This document shows positions 58,325-64,000 of a stretch of DNA of 64,000 nt, one piece after another (the first letter of the stretch is position 1; every line of letters begins with the position of its first letter). Source of the stretch: a virus (taxonomy: Duplodnaviria > Heunggongvirae > Uroviricota > Caudoviricetes). The stretch lies in the IMG/VR virus record IMGVR_UViG_3300046499_000850. One strand, given 5' to 3'. The translations under genes were made by a program, and so were the position numbers. The notes beneath the pieces are model-generated. The model was not told the origin of the DNA. It saw nothing but the letters and a program-made list of their open reading frames with translations, and ran no database searches.

Positions 58325-59050
58325 ATGTCGAACAATCAACCGAAACACATCATCCACGCCACTGGCGTCATCAAAACCCGTATCGAAGAGCTGCGCAAGC
58401 TGGTCGCATCCACCCCGGACGGCGAAGAACGTGAAGCCCACAAGAAGGAACTGAGCGAACTGCTGGCCTCGATTGGCCTCGACGGCATCGGCATCGAAAT
58501 CACCCCGGCTGACAACGGTGAAGGCGTCGCCGCCAAGATCCTGGGCAGCGTGAACGCAGCAACCGAGCAACTCGGTAAAGTGGCCGGCGCCCCGGTCGAC
58601 GAAGTGAAGAAGGTCGAAGTCAAGGTCGAAGGCGCCAACGGTGAGAAGGTCACCTCGACCACCACCGTCAACGTCGAAAAGCCGGGCCTGTGGACCCGCT
58701 TTAAGGCATGGTGCGCTGAAAACAAGAAGAAGGTGATCGCGGGTGGTCTGGCCCTCGTGGCCGGCGCAGCTGGGCTGTGGTACTGGCTCAATGGTAAAAA
58801 TACCAGCGTCGCTGTATCTTCTGTGGCCGATGCCGAAGTGACCATCGATACCACCACCGTCGAACCCTCCACCCCGGCTGAAGCCGATCCGTCGATCTTC
58901 ACCCGCATCGGGGAATGGGTCGTCAACGCTGCTGCCACCGTCAAGGGCTGGACAGTGTCGGCCTGGACCTGGGTGAAGGGCCTGTTTACCCGCAACACCA
59001 CCTCGGAGACCACCGTTGATACCACGGCCGAAACCCCAGTTGCCGCGTAA
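58325..59050 (+). CDS. Single-pass membrane protein with Trp-rich amphipathic segments
   Basis: GLWTRFKAW, TM VIAGGLALVAGAAGLWYWL, FTRIGEW...WTWVKGLF; AAGGAG RBS. Confidence 0.72.
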   Translation: MSNNQPKHIIHATGVIKTRIEELRKLVASTPDGEEREAHKKELSELLASIGLDGIGIEITPADNGEGVAAKILGSVNAATEQLGKVAGAPVDEVKKVEVKVEGANGEKVTSTTTVNVEKPGLWTRFKAWCAENKKKVIAGGLALVAGAAGLWYWLNGKNTSVAVSSVADAEVTIDTTTVEPSTPAEADPSIFTRIGEWVVNAAATVKGWTVSAWTWVKGLFTRNTTSETTVDTTAETPVAA

Positions 59051-59160
59051 TTCGCGTTGGCATCCCACCCCGCTTCAAGTGGTGGGTTCTGCTCTCTTGG
59101 CGATTGCCCTGTTTGTCGGGGCTAATATCCTGGCGGGCAACTACCACTAGAAGCATCGTT

Positions 59161-59213
59161 CACGAGGAGCTCGGGGCAACCCGGCTCCTCGTGGATGTAT
59201 GCTTTTTTCTTTT
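59161..59213 (+). terminator. Intrinsic terminator
   Basis: CACGAGGAGC...GCTCCTCGTG, then TATGC and a T run. Confidence 0.7.
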
Positions 59214-59271
59214 AAACCTGGTGTTAGAGATAAGTAAATGGGATTTATCTCTAACACTAAAAGGAGGATGT

Positions 59272-59556
59272 ATGATTCCCGTCATTGTAACCGGATTGCT
59301 ATTGCTGTTGGCAGTTCGTCAGGGTGAGGCCAGTCCCGCCCCGATAGTGGAGGCCCCGCCCCCCATCAAACAGAAGATGACCAAACCGCCGGTCCCACCT
59401 CGTCCCGTGCATCCGACCATGGCTGCACGTAAAGCGCCGGAAGCACGTAAGCCGATCGACGTGCATACATACCAACGCGATTTCGCGACACCACCGACAC
59501 CGTTCAAGGTGGTGCTGACCGGCTACCAGATTCCCGAACGAAGTCCGCAGTATTAA
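59272..59556 (+). CDS. Small Pro-rich exported/membrane-anchored protein
   Basis: AAGGAGG RBS; MIPVIVTGLLLLLAV signal-like N-terminus. Confidence 0.55.
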   Translation: MIPVIVTGLLLLLAVRQGEASPAPIVEAPPPIKQKMTKPPVPPRPVHPTMAARKAPEARKPIDVHTYQRDFATPPTPFKVVLTGYQIPERSPQY

Positions 59557-59629
59557 AAAAGTATTGCACGTTAGCAATAGCATGGCTTGTAGTGCCCGTC
59601 GATAAATCCATTATTAAAAAGGAACCGTC

Positions 59630-60520
59630 ATGAAACCCATGAGTCTCATCCTCGCCGCTACACCCTCGCCCGCCGAGGTGCAAGTCATCAACCGTTTCTA
59701 CCACGCATTCCAGTCGGCTGAAACCACCATCGCGTGCCGGCCGTTCTTCATGCAGCGCGTCAACCCGAGGACAGACATCGCTCGCCAAACGCCGCAAGGG
59801 GGCGTGAAGCAGTTGCCGCACGATGATCTGAGCTTCATGCCGATCGTCGATCATCCGGAAGGTCGTGTGGTGCTCAAGCCCGGCCAAGTGGCAAAGATCC
59901 ACGCCAAAGACCCGATCGAATCGAAGCAACACCTGAACAACATCATCCTGATCCTGGGTACGCCTTACGGGGTGGTGGTGTTGCATGGCCGCGAGAAGGA
60001 GTACCGTGTCAATGGTAAGGGTATTGTCGAAGGTCCGATCCCGCATCTGCATACCACCGGCCGTTTCACCCGCGCTGCCATGCGTTTCTTCAAGCGCAAG
60101 GGCATGCAGTTCCGTGGCGACTGGGACCTGAAGAACTGGATCTTCTCGGATTCGTTCGAGAAAGACCTGATCGAACAAGTCGAACTCGACCGCAAGGAAG
60201 AAACCGAAATGGCGATCAAGTATTTCGAGGCGACCGGTCAGCGTTTGTCCCATGCCGGACAACTCGTGGGCGACGGTTTGCTCAAGCGTATCCGTCAAGC
60301 CCACCCGGCAAACCAGATCAAACCGAAAGCTGGTAATACCCATGATGTGAAGCGTGAAATCGCCAGTAAGAAACTCGGCGATCACCCGCTCGACATCCTG
60401 CCGTGTCGTGCCAATGGTTTCAAAGGCACGCGCTACGCTGACCAGACCCCAGCCCAGAAAGCCGCCGGCCGCGCCATGCTGGCAAAGCCGGAAGAAGTCC
60501 TGGCCAGCGTACCGGCATAA
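59630..60520 (+). CDS. Hypothetical protein
   Basis: 296 aa, AAGGA RBS. Confidence 0.7.
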   Translation: MKPMSLILAATPSPAEVQVINRFYHAFQSAETTIACRPFFMQRVNPRTDIARQTPQGGVKQLPHDDLSFMPIVDHPEGRVVLKPGQVAKIHAKDPIESKQHLNNIILILGTPYGVVVLHGREKEYRVNGKGIVEGPIPHLHTTGRFTRAAMRFFKRKGMQFRGDWDLKNWIFSDSFEKDLIEQVELDRKEETEMAIKYFEATGQRLSHAGQLVGDGLLKRIRQAHPANQIKPKAGNTHDVKREIASKKLGDHPLDILPCRANGFKGTRYADQTPAQKAAGRAMLAKPEEVLASVPA

Positions 60521-60539
60521 TCCTCACCTAGGAGGCATC

Positions 60540-60770
60540 ATGGCCAATCCAAGCAAGCAAGCGCAACTCAAAGCCAAGCAGGACACGATCGCAGAAGAAG
60601 TGAATCTGCTCCTGGCTGAAGGGAAACGCACTGACGCGATTAAGCACTACCAAAGCAAATGCGCCTGTTCCGCTGAACGTGCCGTGGCTTACGTGGATTC
60701 GCTACATCGTAACCGTCTGGATAAACGCAGAGATGAAATCATGAGTCGTATGCGTGGCCGTCGCTTCTAA
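60540..60770 (+). CDS. Small protein with ribosomal L7/L12 C-terminal-like motif
   Basis: GKRTDAIKHYQSKCACSAERAVAYVDSL resembles K.EAIK..R...G.GL.EAK..VE; AGGAGG RBS. Confidence 0.5.
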   Translation: MANPSKQAQLKAKQDTIAEEVNLLLAEGKRTDAIKHYQSKCACSAERAVAYVDSLHRNRLDKRRDEIMSRMRGRRF

Positions 60771-60779
60771 CAGCATAAC

Positions 60780-60809
60780 CCCTCTCCTACCCTTCGGGGT
60801 AGGAGAGGG
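60780..60809. terminator. Bidirectional terminator hairpin
   Basis: CCCTCTCCTACCC-TTCG-GGGTAGGAGAGGG. Confidence 0.8.
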
Positions 60810-60835
60810 ACGTATGCCGTCTATATTTTTTTCTT

Positions 60836-61645
60836 TTATCGATTACCACCAGATAAGAGTGAGATGTAGCGGTGCATGGACTCTTGGTCGTTCATAAACG
60901 CGACCTTCGCCCACTTCTCGTTCAGGTGTTCTTGGTACATTTCTTCGGCGTCGGAATAACCTTCGACGATGTCCTTGAACTTGCCGACCTGCACACCACC
61001 ACGCAGTTCACCCATGTCGAGTTGGATGATGTACGAATTGTAGATGAACGACTTGACAGCCAGTTCCACCAGCTTGGCAAACACCAAATACGACCGCGCT
61101 TGGATGTTCGACAGGTTTTCCTCGTTCTCCAACGAACAACGCAAGAACAGGTTCTGTGGTAGGATCATCGAGTCCTGTACCATCACCACGTTTTCGCCAA
61201 TCAGTTCAACACGGGTGGTACCGACGTTCGGGGTCCGCAGCTGGGCTTCCATGACGGTGGCAGCCGCTTGCAGGACGGGACTCGACCGTCCGGCAGAATA
61301 GGCACCATAACCGGCTTGGGTGCGGTACATGTCACCGTAGGTTACGTCGAACACACTCAGGATTGAGCGGTTGTTGGTTTTAGTTTTGGGGATTTGAAAT
61401 ACGGTGGTGTAACCACCATCAACCGTTTCACTGGCCACGTCGCTCAGGTCAATGCGGGTTTCCACACCACTGACCAGATTGCAATCGACCAGCACACGCG
61501 GCACCAACACCATACAACGGATGCGCTCTTTGATATCAGAGGGCAAGTCACGGTATTGTTGATAGGGTTCTTGGAACACCACCTTCAAAATCTCACGAGG
61601 AATTCTAAACATTACCTCGTCAAGTGCTTTGGTTATGGGATTCAT
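60836..61645 (-). CDS. Conserved phiKZ-like hypothetical protein
   Basis: 269 aa MNPITKALDEVMFRIPREIL; AGGA RBS. Confidence 0.7.
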   Translation of the reverse strand: MNPITKALDEVMFRIPREILKVVFQEPYQQYRDLPSDIKERIRCMVLVPRVLVDCNLVSGVETRIDLSDVASETVDGGYTTVFQIPKTKTNNRSILSVFDVTYGDMYRTQAGYGAYSAGRSSPVLQAAATVMEAQLRTPNVGTTRVELIGENVVMVQDSMILPQNLFLRCSLENEENLSNIQARSYLVFAKLVELAVKSFIYNSYIIQLDMGELRGGVQVGKFKDIVEGYSDAEEMYQEHLNEKWAKVAFMNDQESMHRYISLLSGGNR

Positions 61646-61658
61646 GAAGGTTCCTAGA

Positions 61659-61680
61659 ATTTTACACGGCTATATTACTA
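61659..61680 (+). promoter_or_regulatory. Putative early promoter (TATATTAC)
   Basis: Exact phiKZ early consensus at 61671-61678 with an upstream TTTT. Confidence 0.6.
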
Positions 61681-62032
61681 CCTTGAACAACGTAGCACAT
61701 AGCATTTAGTTTTCCGCCATGAAACTCGCGAACAGTATACTGCTAGATGGTTAGAATTGCAAGAACGCATTTGTCGTGACGGCCATCCGGGTGACCAGTG
61801 GTTTGTGCTGACCAACCGGGAAACTGCCGGATTTTCATTATTCAAGCGGATATTTGCAGGACAGATCTCCACTTTATTATTTCAAAAGCTTGGAAGAAAT
61901 ATCCATATCGCGGCCGTTTCTCAAGAACGGGATACCGCGTACCGGGATCAGCAATGCCAATTGTTCCTCAGCAAATTTGAATTTGCTTTTAATTCGCTGT
62001 ATAATCAACAACCACAACAGAAGGATATCACC

Positions 62033-64000
62033 ATGAATCGTTTCGAACTCGCCCAGCTGCTCTCCCAAGCCAGCGCTCTCCTTACCCAGTCCAAAGAAAA
62101 CACCTCGATCCATGAGCACGAGGCTGTCTATAACGCCCTCGTTGAGGCGCGCGACAAGCCAGCGCTGCTGCAGTTCATCTCCGGCCCCAACACCCCCCAC
62201 GCAATCATCGAAGCCGTCGCTGCGCTGCATCCGAAGAACGATCTCAATGACGACGCTAAGGTGTTGATCGCTGGTCGGCTGGATATTGAAGCCGAAAGGC
62301 TGCGCAAGACCAGCACACTGGATGACGTGATCGGCAAATCGGCGCCGGTGGAAGACTCCAAAGCTACGCCGGCACCAAACAATCCCATGATCAAGACTAT
62401 TGACGCCGTGATCGATTACATCTGCAACGGCGCCGAAGCCTCGGCAACGGATCTGCGTAACGGCCTCGAAATCGTCAAGGGATTCCTGATGAGTCATTCG
62501 GCTGTTCTGTCGGCCTCGGCGGCACCACAGGAAACCGAGAACACGAAGGTCGGCATCGAAACCAGCGACCTGTTCACGCGACTGGCGATCGCCGTCCGCG
62601 ACCCGGCCCATTTCAACGAGGAAGAAAAGACGAAAATGATCGACGACCTGCGCGTCGCTGATCAGCACCTCGGTCAGACCAAACGTGACTGCGAACTAAA
62701 GGATTATCTCGACGACGCGTTCCAAGGCTTGGCCAGCATCATGCAGGGCGGCATGCATCACATCGATAAACTGCTGACCCAGATGAATCAACTGCGCCGC
62801 GATTTCGATATGGGTAAATTCCAAACGCAGGATGATTCCCATCCGGGCTTCGGTACCTGGAAGATGCCGCTCCCGAATGGTGTCAAACTCGAAGACTTCA
62901 CCGGTTTGGTGATGTTACACTACGCGGGTCCCCGTCATGAGCAAATCGCTAAGTACGCAGAAAAGGCGCTGAAGATATTGATGCCTCGGGCAACGATAAC
63001 GGTTATTCCGTACTCCATCAATTCGGCTTCGGATGGTACGGTGAATACTGTTTTCAAGAATCTGGCTTGGCGTGATTCCCCTACCAGCATCCATTTCGTG
63101 ATGGCGTACGCTAGTTCGACCGGATCGGATGTCCTTACCTCGGATGACCGGGTCGGTAAGACGGTGTTCGAAGCGCTGGCTGGTGCAGGTTGCCGGGTTG
63201 GTTCGATCCTCAGTGGCGAGGCCGTCCATGTGGATCTGGTGAGAGTGAAGGTGCAACAGCTTCTTAACATGTCGCCGTACCAGTTCAACGGCATGCGGCG
63301 CTCTCGTTACCTGAGCGACGCATTCTCGAAACTCGGTAAGACGAGTTTTGGTGCTCCGCAAATGCCGCCGATTGGCGGGATGTCTGGAGTAGCGGACCCT
63401 GGTTTGACCGACTTCCAGAGACATTCGCTTAACGAACAACCGTTCCCGGGCGCTGACCTGCCGTTCCGTGGCGGGATCGGTAACACCCGGGGCTGGAACA
63501 ACGGTTGGCCGTCGGTCAGTTCACCGTTTACCTATGGTTTGGGTAACCAACCGCTGGGTAGACCCATGTTTGGTTCTCAACCCAACCCGGAGTTCGATCG
63601 TCTCGCCAAATCGTACGGCCCTGGTGGATTCCAGCAGGGTGACGCCAACGATTCTGCCCCAACAGCAGAGCAGTACGATGGCGTGATCATGCTCCACATT
63701 CCGGACGCTGCGGTCGATTACGAAGTGGAGTGTCGTCAATCGATGTTCACGGAAGCGTATCCGAATGCCAAGTTCTATTTGGTGCGCTATCCGGAATACG
63801 GTAACCAGCCGGCGGAGCTGACCGTCGCTCAAGCCATTCAAAATGCTACTGTTCAATATGGCACCCTGAAGATCTTCCACTTCATTCTGGTGATGAATAA
63901 CTCACCGGTCGGTTATGGCGAAAACGTTGAACGCATCGTCGCCAGTCACCTCGGCAAATCGGTGAAGTTCAAAGTCGATCACTTGCAAAACGTGAATACG
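62033..64000 (+). CDS. Large hypothetical protein, truncated at window end
   Basis: Not in the ORF track. ATG 62033 with AAGGA RBS, MNRFELAQLLSQASALL..., appears open to 64000 on manual reading. Confidence 0.65.
   Translation, partial: MNRFELAQLLSQASALLTQSKENTSIHEHEAVYNALVEARDKPALLQFISGPNTPHAIIEAVAALHPKNDLNDDAKVLIAGRLDIEAERLRKTSTLDDVIGKSAPVEDSKATPAPNNPMIKTIDAVIDYICNGAEASATDLRNGLEIVKGFLMSHSAVLSASAAPQETENTKVGIETSDLFTRLAIAVRDPAHFNEEEKTKMIDDLRVADQHLGQTKRDCELKDYLDDAFQGLASIMQGGMHHIDKLLTQMNQLRRDFDMGKFQTQDDSHPGFGTWKMPLPNGVKLEDFTGLVMLHYAGPRHEQIAKYAEKALKILMPRATITVIPYSINSASDGTVNTVFKNLAWRDSPTSIHFVMAYASSTGSDVLTSDDRVGKTVFEALAGAGCRVGSILSGEAVHVDLVRVKVQQLLNMSPYQFNGMRRSRYLSDAFSKLGKTSFGAPQMPPIGGMSGVADPGLTDFQRHSLNEQPFPGADLPFRGGIGNTRGWNNGWPSVSSPFTYGLGNQPLGRPMFGSQPNPEFDRLAKSYGPGGFQQGDANDSAPTAEQYDGVIMLHIPDAAVDYEVECRQSMFTEAYPNAKFYLVRYPEYGNQPAELTVAQAIQNATVQYGTLKIFHFILVMNNSPVGYGENVERIVASHLGKSVKFKVDHLQNVNT

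Overview
Window from a phiKZ-like (Chimalliviridae-type) jumbo myophage genome. The conserved blocks are recognisable: a candidate spanin pair, RNase H, UvsX, three split virion RNA polymerase subunits, a 2428-aa tail transglycosylase, the prohead protease, tail tube and sheath, baseplate-region proteins and the large terminase. An early accessory region follows. phiKZ gp numbers are assigned from motifs and remembered synteny, not from a database search. The standout is an insert at ~35.1-37.4 kb between the head-protease block and the tail tube gene. It consists of an ~800-nt densely base-paired non-coding region, with a remodelled tRNA-like domain and repeated YAGYWGYA linkers, followed by a three-gene bacterial type VI secretion cargo module: hcp, Rap1a-type immunity and Tae4 amidase effector. 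Also notable are an array of ~9 small, mostly membrane proteins sharing an N-terminal amphipathic motif (55.2-59.0 kb), terminator hairpins coupled to TATGCCG, and a free-standing GIY-YIG homing endonuclease.
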